DNA from: Azolla caroliniana | Lineage: Eukaryota; Plantae; Polypodiophyta | Direction of reading: 5' to 3' | Length of the DNA: 64,000 nucleotides | Assembly: GCA_043228905.1 (NCBI GenBank) | Contig: JBHGNT010000016.1 | Coordinates: 6,820,001 to 6,884,000 of the forward strand | Made by a program: the position numbers and the translations under genes | Notes under the pieces: generated by a model | What the model was told of the DNA's origin: nothing | The model's input: only the letters and a program-made list of their open reading frames with translations | Databases searched by the model: none | Shown here: piece after piece, positions 1 through 10,963 of the stretch | Position numbering within the stretch: position 1 is the first letter of the stretch | Layout: each line of letters opens with the position of its first letter

Positions 1-172
1 AAGTAATGGAACAGAAGAAGAATTGAAAAAGAAAATTAAAAACAAATATAAAATGAGTTCATCTCATAACAAATTGGGTATTTATTTATACATTTTCTCA
101 TTATCAGTTTTCTAGTAATCAAATTTCTCATAACGTATATGCATTTTCTTTTTCCTTGTTTTTCGTTTTCAG

Positions 173-3100
173 AATAGTGGCAAATGATATTTTCAAACAA
201 GACTGGAGATCACAGACGAGAGGCGGGATCTTACAATACATCATTTTGAAATGGACATTAGCATGCTTGGTGGGATTGCTGACCGGAATTACAGGATTCT
301 CTATCAATCTTGCCGTTGAAAACATTGCAGGATTCAAGCTCTCGAAAGTGGATCAATTCATCCAAGATAACAGGTGGTGTCTTCTGTCTTTTATCTTCAT
401 TCATCACGTGTTTAAGCATGTTTCAAATGGTAAATATATATCAAAACCAAGAATTATATGCAAGAAACAATGTGCATCATGATCTATCATGCATTGAGCA
501 TATTTGAATTGGTAAACTTATATCACAAGAGCTATGTGCATCTCCATCTAAGTGTTTGAGCGTGATTCAAATGTTAAATCTACATAAAAAAAGAACCATC
601 CAATGGTTCTATAGTCAATCTGTACCTATTATCCCATCCTCACACCAGGAGGCAATCTAGAACGGAAGGCTACATTAATGGGGTTTAATTTATGCTAGAG
701 TAGCCCAATAAGCTGTTGGATATATGTGTTAATCTCAATACCTATAGTTTGGGATACATGGTTAGATGGAGATTAAGATTCTAATCTTCTATATGTTTTT
801 ATTAATTGTAGTCAATTGCATACTCATAAGAAAGCGATCTGAATGTCAGTTGTATGTTTGGGATTGAAACACTGCATATTTTTTAACGTAATGCAAAATG
901 TGACCTAATACCTCAGATCAGTCTTGAGGTTAGATGGCATATAAGGATGCTTTATTAAAGTTATTACAAAAAAGCAAAAAACATTATGTGAGATAAGGAA
1001 AAAGAAGAAGACAAAACCTTGATTTTCAGGATAGGGTTGGCCTTTTCTATCTTAGTTGGAAGCAACCTTATATTGGTGTTGTCATCAGCGCTCTTGTGTG
1101 CATATATTGGTCCTGCTGCTGCTGGATCTGGAATTCCTGAAGTGAAAGCTTACCTGAATGGCATTGATGCACCCAACATATTGGCTCTAAATACCCTTAT
1201 TGTCAAGGTATTCCTTACCATTTCGTCTTACCTACATTCGAGAATTGGAGTTCTTCTGTTTTGCACTAGTTCATTTGTAATGTTCTGTAACCATGTAATT
1301 ATATGGTAGTTACATCTAGATAAGAGAAAAAATCTTGGAATTGATACAAAGACCAATGGAAAAACTCTGGAATCCTTGATTTTTTTCTCTTTGTTTTCCC
1401 AGATTCTCCCTGACGTTTTCATGATTTCTAGAAATGTCGATGGTCAACCCCTGAAAGGGAGAAAACGTCAGTTCAAGTAGCACATATAATCAAGAAACAA
1501 AGGATGACGTGACAAAATATTTGCTGCAAATAGCACATTTATAATTACTCTTTCAGGGGTGGAAGCAGTAGTGATTGGGGAAATAATGGAAATACTGGGG
1601 GGCCTTTTTAGGGAACCTATTTCGGAGCTTTTTAGGGAAACTATTTTGGACTTTCTCCAACTCCAAAAAACGTGAATGGTCGATATCATGCAGGTGCTCG
1701 GGAGCATTGGTTCTGTGGCAGGTGGTTTGTATGTTGGAAAGGAAGGACCATTGGTTCACACTGGGGCATGTATCGCGGCATTGTTGTCCCAAGGTGGCTC
1801 TAAACGCTACTATGTGACATGGAGATGGCTACGCTACTTCAAAAATGATAGAGATAGACGTGATTTGGTCACATGTGGAGCTGCTGCTGGAGTTGCTGCT
1901 GCTTTTAGAGCACCTGTGGGTGGTGTTTTGTTTGCGTTAGAGGAAGTGGCTTCATGGTAACGTAGAATTTCACATGTTTTATTTGCATCAGTAAAAGTGG
2001 ATTCATAGCAACATAGCGTTTTTTCTTCATGCTTGTATATGTTTGGACCAATAGTACTGAAGGATCTTAAAAACCTTTATTGAACTTAATTACTAGGGTG
2101 ATTAAGGGATTATTAAGAGAGTGGGGGGATCTAGATCGTAATGGTGATAACCAAGAAGCGTATGTGCAATAGGGTTAGTAATTTATATACCCATTATCTC
2201 TAGGACTACATCAACAACATATCACCATTCAGATTGACAACAGATGTTCAGCTGTCGACCATGAGTGACCCTTGTAAGAATAGAGAGCTCTAGATGAAAA
2301 TGGGGAAAGAGAGTGCGAAAACTTTAGAATTAACCCTGGTTTGTGTATGTTCAGAGAAATTAACCCTGATCTATGTGCAGATTAAATAGCCATTCATGTG
2401 TGTGCAATAGGGTAACTAGCACTTTATATATCAAATAACCATAGGGCTATATCCAGATCATATAGCCATCCTGATGGATTATGGATGATTGGTGATCGTC
2501 TATGGATTATTCTTGCTGCAACAGAACTGGGAGCTCTAGATGAAAATGGGAAAGAGTGCAAACAACATAGAATTAACATGGTTCTTCAGATCATACTTGT
2601 CAAGGTTGACAGTAGCTGAACATGGTTCTAGTCTAAATGACCCCATGACTGTTAAGATTGTGTACATTCCCACCATTGTCTTAGCATAGTAGATAATGCA
2701 TGGAATGCTTGACATGTATTTCTCGTAACATTGAATGTTTGAAATTTGTGTTCGTGACTATCATCGTAGTGTAGTAGAAGATGTGTTAAATGCTTGAAAT
2801 TTGTGGATACCAGGTGGCGTAGCACACTTTTGTGGAGGGCATTTTTCACAACTGCATTGGTTGCTGTTATACTGCAAGCGGCTATTACTTATTGTGGAGA
2901 TGATAGTTGTGGATTGTTTGGGAGTGGTGGGTTGATCATGTACAATGTGGGGACCATTTCCATCGCCTTCGCACTTATCGAGCTTGTACCAGTCGTGATT
3001 TTGGGCTTTATTGGCGGAGTACTGGGAAGCCTATTTACGTATATCAATGGGAAGATTGTGAAAAGCTACTCTATTTGGCATAATAGGTTTGTGTCCCATT

Positions 3101-4733
3101 TCTTTTGTGTATCTTTTGGACATTCATTAGAACCACATCCCTCTACATTTCAGTTCACGTTATGTTACAAAAATTTGAGTATTATCTCACCATCGTAACC
3201 TGCCCCACTTTACTGTTTCTTTGCAGTCACGGACCAAGTGTAAAGATTTTACATGCTGCATTGGTATCACTAATTACTTCTTCATGTGTAATTGGGTTGC
3301 CATGGTTTGGTGCTTGTATTGAGTGCCCTTCAGAGGGATCTGAAAATTGTCCGACGACAGGAAGCTCGGGAAACTTCAAACAATTTACGTGCCCAAGTGG
3401 ACAATACAATGATCTAGCAAGCTTGTTTTTCAACATCAACGACGATGTTGTGAGGAACCTCTTTAGTGTTGGCACAAGTAATGAATTCCAATACAAGTCA
3501 TTGGCTATATTTTTGGTGTCGAGCTATGTTCTGGCGCTAGTTACATATGGAACTCCAGTGCCATCAGGTCTTTTCATACCCGTTATTATCATTGGAGCAA
3601 CATATGGTAGAATTACTGGCATGGCCATGAGGTCTTGTAGTAGTGACCTTTTACAGGTTGATGAGGGTCTCTATGCTATCCTTGGTGCTGCCTCATTTCT
3701 AGGAGGCTCCATGAGGATGACCGTCTCACTATGTGTTATCCTTATAGAACTCACGAACAATCTTTTTATACTTCCATTGATTATGCTCGTTCTTCTCATT
3801 TCCAAAACGATTGGTGATATATTCAATCATAGTGTGTATGATCAAATAGTTCATATAAAAGGTTTGCCTTTCCTTGAAGAACACCCTGAGCCATACATGA
3901 AACATCTGACAGCATATGATGTTTGCTCTAGTCCAGTTATTACCTTAAATGCAATGGAAACAGTTGATAATGTTGTTGATGTGTTAAAACGAACTAGCCA
4001 TAATGCGTTTCCTGTGATCGACAATGACCCAACTACCAAAACCCCAATTCTTTATGGTCTCATATTGAGGTCACACTTGCTTGTATTACTGAAAGGGAGA
4101 GGCTTCCTTTCATGTGAAACCTTGGAGAATGGAGGACATAATTTCTTCAGTTCTTCCGATTTTGCCAAGCCAGGTTCAACCTTGGAGAATGGAGGGCATT
4201 ATTTCTTTAGTCCCTCTGATTTTGCCAAGCCGGGTTCAGGCAAAGGTGTAACCATTGATGACATCATGTTGAGCGAGGATGAGCTTAAAATGTTTATGGA
4301 TCTTCATCCATTCACCAATACATCACCATATACTGTCGTTGATTCGATGTCCTTGAACAAAACATTTACTCTTTTTCGGCATCTCGGCCTACGACACCTC
4401 TGTGTTGTGCAGAAGATCCAACATGTAAGTTCTTTAATATCTTGGATCTTTTAAGGATTGAAGTATTATGAATCATGAGCCTTGTTGCCGTAGATTTAAA
4501 GATGCTGTATCTTTCCTTCCAATGTCTTTAAAATAGATTTCCTTACAAAGATAGCATGAATAGTTTCTACAATTAAACATTCCTTCATTGCTTTGATGCT
4601 TTTAGTGGAAAGTTTATGCTAATCAATTGTTGTGTTTCTCACATAGGGCTTGCCAATTATTGGCATATTGACTCGGCACGATTTTATGGAAGAGCATATT
4701 CTTGATCGGTTCCCAGGTTTAAGAGGTTCTTAA
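173..4733 (+). CDS. CLC: CLC-family chloride channel / anion-H+ antiporter (CLC-c/d/g-like), 5'-partial. Exons 173-373, 1030-1207, 1694-1956, 2814-3086, 3227-4424, 4647-4733
   Basis: GT-AG introns with consistent phases. Signature motifs GSGIPE, GKEGP, GGVLFALEE, PSGLFIP and MRMTVSLCVI, two CBS domains (HNAFPVID, LGLRHLCVV), terminal IGILTRHDF and TAA at 4731-4733. The first exon lies upstream of the window. Confidence 0.95.
4119..4238 (+). repeat. In-frame 60-bp tandem duplication in the CLC inter-CBS linker
   Basis: Translates as TLENGGHNFFSSSDFAKPGS followed by TLENGGHYFFSPSDFAKPGS. Confidence 0.9.
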
Positions 4734-5705
4734 TTGAAGGAGTCTCCTCGCACATTCCCTTAAAACTATGGTGGTTAGTCAAATGACAAAATGTCTGGAG
4801 GCAGGAGCAAATTCTTTTTGCAACACTGTTTTGTTCGTTGATTCCATTCCTTAATTCTTTTCATGTTTGGGTTTTGAATAAGCTTCCCGAATATGCCACG
4901 CATGACTGTCATGAATTTGATCTGTATTTACTTTATTTTTTGTCTCATTCAAATTATACTCATTATGTTTACTCCTTGATATACCCCTGAGCAAATGTGT
5001 CATCATCATCATCATTATGTGATAGTAGAAAAGTTTTGAAAGTTTAAAATGGAAGCTTTGGTTACTTATGGTCCACAGTCTGGAAAGTAGGAGAGAAAAA
5101 TGAGGTACACTTGCAGATTGTGGCTTTCTAATATATCTTTGAAAAGGATGTACTGTCATGTATTAGCCTGAATATATTAGTTCTATGATCATGTAATTGA
5201 GCTCAAACCTAATATACACAATCACCCACCTATGATTATGAAATTTGGAGTGGCATTGATGAAAATCTAACCGAAAATCTGTTAGTGTATGTGGAAATTT
5301 TGAGGGAAAACAAGAGTATAACAAATCATATTCTCAACGTTTGATTATACAACTACTTGATAATGTTAATGTATCAGATAAACCCTAACTTTGTCTGAAG
5401 ATGTTGGCAAGATACCCTAACCTTTTATTGCACATTGGAAATTGGTATTAATGGGTAAAGTAAAAAAATATGACTATCAATAATGGTACTAAGACGAATT
5501 ATTTTTCTTTGGGGTTCAACATAATGTTGATAACAATCTTATGATTAAGGCCAATTTAGTGATTAGTATTATGGGCTTTCTTGTAATTCTTAAAGGTAGT
5601 CTACGCATTTTGGTGGAAATGTTAGGTATAGTTTGATACTTCAACTATTAATCATGATATCTTAGTGTTAGTACTAATCTTTTTGTAGACAACACACCCA
5701 CTTGT

Positions 5706-5732
5706 ACACACACACACACACACACACACACA
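5706..5732. repeat. (AC)n microsatellite
   Basis: Direct reading. Confidence 0.95.
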
Positions 5733-6572
5733 ACTGTCTACTTGGAGGTATGAGTGGACACACATATACTAAACTCACAAGAGCATGTAATGAGTGAAAG
5801 TACAATGACATTTCTATGTGGAGAAATGCAAACCCCTTGCATCTGCCAATGCATCCAATGTTGGTTATGGTTCATGGATGCTATATGATATATATTAGTG
5901 AAGAACAACTACTTGCTTGAGGTTTGCCCTACTCTTCATGAGATTGCAATTCTCTACCTTATGGAATCTTGTAAAATTGATCAAAATGTTCTTGCCCATA
6001 GTAGTTTCATGTTGGTAATTAAATCAAACATATCATATCAAAATGAAAAGTTTACAAAACATAGCTCACACAAATGACAATGACACAAGTGCTTGTAAAA
6101 AAGTTGACTCAAAGAGTCTCACAATAAAAATGACATGAAGGGCCATTATAAAGGATGTCCGATTTTCTTGCAAGACAAAGCAAGATGACGTTGTACAAAT
6201 TTTATCTAGGATTTGAAGGTTTGTACAAAATAAGGAGTGTGTCGGGAAATGAGGGTAATGGTTTTGAATTTCAAACATAATTTGGAGGTTCAAGCATGCT
6301 TTTAAACATAGCACACATTCCTTGGCAGGTTGCCAATCAAGAGACGCAGTACTAACCCAAATATATGGCACCTTGAGAAAGTGTTCTAGTCAATTTTTTA
6401 GAATCTCGTCAACTTTGTCCTTTAGAGGTTTTAAGTTTGTCTAGAGTATTGATGGGATGGATGCACAATGTTGATGTAATTGTAATGTTTTCCTTTGGCC
6501 TTTTAGAGGTTAGGCCAAGCACACATTGACAAATCTAGGGGGCCATTTGGTGAGATATGGATAGGGTTACAC

Positions 6573-7316
6573 CTAGGGATAATGTTCTCCTTTGGCTTTT
6601 GAGCTTGTTCTAGGCCAAGCACACTTCGGTGCAATTGATGTGGATGAATGTGAGACTCGAGGCCATGTACACATTGGCCCATTTTCTGATGCCAACGATG
6701 GGGATGACAACAACAATGAAGGTGTGGCCCGAGGCCAGGCACACCTGGGTCCATCTACAGGAGCTAGTGATGGTGGGCTAATGTGCGACGAATGTATGGA
6801 TCTGGATCGAGGCCATGCACATCTAGGGGCTAATTGGGCTGGGGTTGTGGTTGAAAGGGGAGAATGCTGGGGTGGGTTTATGTGGTCACTAGGAGTGATA
6901 GATTTGGGGCGGGGCCACTCGCATCGTGGGCCGAGGAGGGGTTGCGGGGCAGGGGAGGCAGCCATGCTTGTATTATTTTGATCAATGATATTGTTGTGCT
7001 CCAAGCTTTCGATGGGCTCGTCTTCATCTTCGTCTTGGGTCGTTGACATGAGGTGTTGGATAAGGGTGAGTGGGGAGTGTGGAAGGAAGAGGGAGGAAGG
7101 AATGGAGGAGGTAAGTGTGGACATGGTGGTGGTGTTGGTATGATTGTGGGCGATTTTGATGTCTTCTTTGGGGTTGGATCTCATGCTTAGTAGAGATGAA
7201 TTAGGGTGCTTTTTACTTCTCTGATCAGAACTATGCCCAAATGGATCTTCATTTGTGTGATGCTTGTGTTGGAATTCAAGGCACCTAATGGAGACATTGA
7301 AGGAAGAGGTGGCCAT
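6573..7316 (-). CDS. Orphan 247-aa S/P/H-rich protein with five P-[RMK]-C-x-W-P-R repeats; candidate multi-core peptide precursor. A sixth motif lies in a shifted frame ending at 6503
   Basis: Long ORF from ATG at 7316 (MATSSF...), upstream TATA box and CT-rich leader. Motif codons vary synonymously between repeats, which indicates protein-level selection. Confidence 0.75.
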   Translation of the reverse strand: MATSSFNVSIRCLEFQHKHHTNEDPFGHSSDQRSKKHPNSSLLSMRSNPKEDIKIAHNHTNTTTMSTLTSSIPSSLFLPHSPLTLIQHLMSTTQDEDEDEPIESLEHNNIIDQNNTSMAASPAPQPLLGPRCEWPRPKSITPSDHINPPQHSPLSTTTPAQLAPRCAWPRSRSIHSSHISPPSLAPVDGPRCAWPRATPSLLLSSPSLASENGPMCTWPRVSHSSTSIAPKCAWPRTSSKAKGEHYP

Positions 7317-7440
7317 AGATTGTTTGTAGAGAGAGAGAGAGCGAGAGAGCGAGAGAGAGAGAGAGAGATTGAGTGTATGTGTATTGGATTGTGTTTTGTA
7401 TGAGTGCAAAGTTATAAGGAGAGTGAAATGGATGAGGGGT

Positions 7441-7450
7441 CTATTTATAG
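7441..7450 (-). promoter_or_regulatory. TATA box (CTATAAATAG) of the CxWP-repeat gene
   Basis: Canonical TATAAATA about 125 bp upstream of the ATG, followed by a (CT)n tract (7328-7368) typical of plant 5' UTRs. Confidence 0.65.
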
Positions 7451-7601
7451 AAAAAGAATGTTTTATATATTGTATTCAAGCAACCTTATCCACCTTTTGA
7501 CTAGGCCTAACTCATTTATATCCTCTCATCCATTTCCCCCCTCTCTATCTCTTCCCATTGACCCCAAACAATCACTCTATTTCCTATCCATCCACTTGTT
7601 C

Positions 7602-7675
7602 CTCTCTCTCTCTCTCTCTCTCTCTCCCCATTGACTACTATATCCTATAGATGCACCCATCCAACGTGCATAATA

Positions 7676-7745
<70 letters not shown>

Positions 7746-7892
7746 TGCGCCAATATGTTGTCACAACACACGTCACACTTTTCGTACACACTGATGTGTT
7801 CATTTTATCCATCAAACACATTTTTCGTATGTAGTTGTTAATTGTGTTGTCTAACATATGAGTGTAGCATATATAGTTATGTGGTGTTCTCC

Positions 7893-7951
<59 letters not shown>

Positions 7952-7975
7952 GCACACCCACCCACCCACACACAT
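7602..7975. repeat. Cluster of (CT)n, compound (AC)n(CT)n and (AC)n microsatellites
   Basis: Direct reading at 7602-7626, 7678-7741 and 7893-7975. Confidence 0.95.
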
Positions 7976-9765
7976 CATATGTAGTTATGTAGCACTCCTC
8001 CACTAATTGACGCACATTGCTTTGGTTAAGATATGTAGCACGTGGGTCCATAATATGTACATATAATTCATTGATGACTTGGCTTGTATGTAACCAAATG
8101 ATTTAAGATGGTTTTAACTTTTAACTTTTACAAGTTTTAGGTTCCCTATTGCTTCTATTATATGAGGCTCCTACGTGTTGATTTGCATTTAAATATGAGT
8201 TGTGACACAATGATTGATTAAGAGGAATGAAAATTGCACGATGCCATGACTTGAGAAATGAAAAATATTGAGGAAGCTATGAGAATGGGTTGCCACATGT
8301 GTTTGTCACATACGAGACTTGGGGTGATCTTGTGAAGGTGTACCACTTGGACGATATGCAATAGCATACTACATATATAAGAAGGGGTACAAGGCCTAAT
8401 AATTGGCTAGACAATGATATGTAATCGAAATTCCCTAGGGATAATGAGACGTTTTTAACCATACGGATACTCATGAGTCATGACGGTGTAAATATATGTA
8501 AACCACACATGTTTCCTATATCTCCACTTTGCTCGTCAATATTAATTTACAAATTAACAATCCCCGTATGTGATTTTCTATGTGTTCTACAAACATATTG
8601 GTGAAGCTTTCTATACAAAAGGATGTATACATCTACACATACATTTCTATTCTTCTTTATCACATCCTATTTTGCATCATGCATGTATATAGCATATGCA
8701 TACATGTCTTTCACATCTAGTCTCTTAATCATTTGAAAATGTTTTAAGGCCATGTTTCAAAACTAGGTCATAGGTAGATTATGGAGTGCGTGCATAAAAA
8801 CCAAGTCATCAAAGACTTTGGGGGTGACATGTTCATCACTCACTCTTTCTTCCACATAAACGTATTTTATATGTCAGTTTCCTTTTCAACATTTGTATAC
8901 AATGATATATACTAATAATGAGATATATATGTATTGAAAAATTGTACACAATGTAGTACGAATGTTGATTCTTTGGATATGAAGTAAAAATTATGAATAT
9001 AAGAAATTACCTTGATGTGATGTCTCTATCACATGCCAATAATTCATTTCCATCTTTTGGTTCTACACATTCATAAGCTAGAGTATGTGTTCATGAATTT
9101 GTTCACATTTATGGTCATTATATAAACGTTCAGAACTCCATAAATAGACAATATATTATATGTATGCATTAATCTATCTCTCTGACCACACCTAGCATGA
9201 TGCCAACAAAGGTAGAGGACGAGGAGAGCCCCGCACACCGATTCCGGAGACTTCGACAATTAGGCCCGTGAGCCAACTTGAGACTGGAGAGAAGGAAGGT
9301 AGCGGCGAGGAGACCTCGCACGATGCCAATGTACACGGAAGGGAGGTGGCCTACAAGGAGGCCAATGACGAAACCGCGGAAGAACAAGTTGATGATGCAA
9401 GGGGTGGTGCCGAGGGGAGAAGAGTCAGAAGTGGGCCCAATCGAGAATCGATCTGGTCGGTATTCCCATTTGGATGGAACACGATCCGGACATGGATCGT
9501 TTGACCAAAACTAACTCAACATGCGCATGATAGGTCGAACCAGGGTGAAGAGGCAATCGGGGCCGATTGGCCGAGGACGGGTTCGGACAGGAGCCAAAGG
9601 TGTCGAGTTCCGAATGACCGAGGCGGACAGAAGTCAAGCCGGCCTAGTCGGGGTTCGGAGCAGCCGGTGGACGTGAAGAAGGGAGCAAGCAGGGATGGTG
9701 ACTGCGAAGCGAAAGACCGAGAGGAATCCTCCATACCTGATCCCGAGGCTTTGGCAGTTGCGGAT

Positions 9766-10620
9766 TGTTGGGAGACAGGTCCCTCCGGATGGGAAGAGAG
9801 AAGAACAGTGCCGATAAACAAACTCGGCCGAGGCCGAAACCGGATGAGGAGCACCCGGCTACAGAGAGCCGGATGGTGCAGACCCGGTGAGATCCGGATG
9901 AGTACCCGGCTACGGAGAGCCGGATGGTGCAGACCCGGTGAGAACCGGATGAGAAGTACCCGGCTACGGAGAGCCGGATGGTGCAGACCCGGTGAGATCC
10001 GGATGAGGAGCACCTGGCTACGGAGAGCCGGATGGTGCAGACCCGGTGAGATCCGAATGAGGAGTACCCGGCTACGGAGAGCCGGATGGTGCAGACCCGG
10101 TGAGAACCGGATGAGAAGTAACCGGCTACGGAGAGCCGGATGGTGCAGACCCGGTGAGGAATGCTCACCGGACAAAGAGACATATTCGTAAATATGTTTC
10201 TGAGAGCCCATCGAGGCTATATTTGTAAATAGCCGAAAAGTCATATTAGTATAAATATGACTTAGGGCAAACTTTTAGATATATAGTTGTTGTTGTCTTT
10301 TCTTGTTTGTGTAAGAAGAAGAGAGAGCACGTAACAGTGTACAGAGAGAGAGAGAGAAAGAGAAAGAGGTCGCTGCCTCTGTTGTAACCGCCGCCTGTGG
10401 CGAAGATCGTGAGCACGAGGTCGTTGCCTCCGTGAACTCACTGTTTGTACATTCCTAACATAGTGATAGTTTGCAGCCTGTGGGCTGCCGTGGTTTTTCC
10501 CTTAGTCTGGGTTTTCTACGTAAACATCTTGTGTACCTTTTCTCTCCTTTGTGTTGTGTTTTTCGTTTCCTGTTTTCTGTGTATGATTCTAAGCTCGGTT
10601 GTGGCCGAGCGTTGTGCATA
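9766..10620 (+). mobile_element. Isolated Copia-type LTR with expanded U3 repeats
   Basis: Starts TGTTGGGAGA. Shares CATATT..TAAATATG, AGTATAAATATGACTTAGGG and CTCGGTTGTGGCCGAGC with the LTRs at 20901 and 24900. No TSD found. Confidence 0.75.
9840..10160 (+). repeat. Six-unit 54-bp tandem repeat within the LTR U3
   Basis: Unit CCGGATGAGRAGYACCCGGCTACGGAGAGCCGGATGGTGCAGACCCGGTGAGAW; one unit is 51 bp. Confidence 0.9.
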
Positions 10621-10963
10621 AGGAGCGTTGAGTTCCCGTCATGGATCAACATAAGATCGAGGAAACAGAGGGTGGTGGCGAGGGGATGAAGGTCGTAGCG
10701 GAGGAAGGCACCGAAAGAATTGAAAGGGGCGTGACGGAGGATGTTGGGGGCCAAGCAAGCTGGTCGAACCAAAGGGATGTTCCTTGGAACGAAGCGGCGA
10801 TATCAGACACTACGGAGGACACCGAAGCGGAGAGCACCGACGTGGATGTCGGGGTAGAAGTGTACCTTGCCGAAAGGGTACACACCGAAGGACAAAACGA
10901 GAGACGTGCAATGTGGTTGTGTAAGGGCCGAGTGACGAGCATAAAGGGGATCAACGATGGTGG

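Larger units (their letters stand above)
9200..10963 (+). mobile_element. Degenerate internal relic of the non-autonomous Gypsy-derived family, split by a Copia-type LTR
   Basis: GC-rich with acidic low-complexity coding potential. 9231-9267 resembles the PTPILET-coding motif at 37049 and 37836, and the Trp-rich RESIWSVFPFGWNTIRTW resembles the family's C-terminal motif. Boundaries approximate. Confidence 0.45.

Noticed and set aside
2161-2580. Degenerate duplication of about 240 bp in a CLC intron
   Set aside because: Visible (GAGCTCTAGATGAAAATGGG occurs twice) but has no termini, TSD or structure suggesting function.
6592-6981. Plus-strand 129-aa ORF with RGHAHLG repeats
   Set aside because: Antisense shadow of the CxWP gene; the synonymous pattern, ATG, TATA box and longer ORF all favour the minus strand.
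7317-7409. N-terminal extension of the orphan ORF (MHSYK...LSLSLS)
   Set aside because: Starts at a non-ATG codon and runs through a (CT)n tract; more likely 5' UTR.
7404-8051. Short ORFs with CVCV, ERER and THTH runs
   Set aside because: Translations of microsatellites.
9516-10244. Repeat-containing ORFs (SPGLHHPALRSR / RAGWCRPGE)
   Set aside because: Open in several frames only because a 54-bp stop-free DNA repeat sits in an LTR; no sign of protein-level selection.
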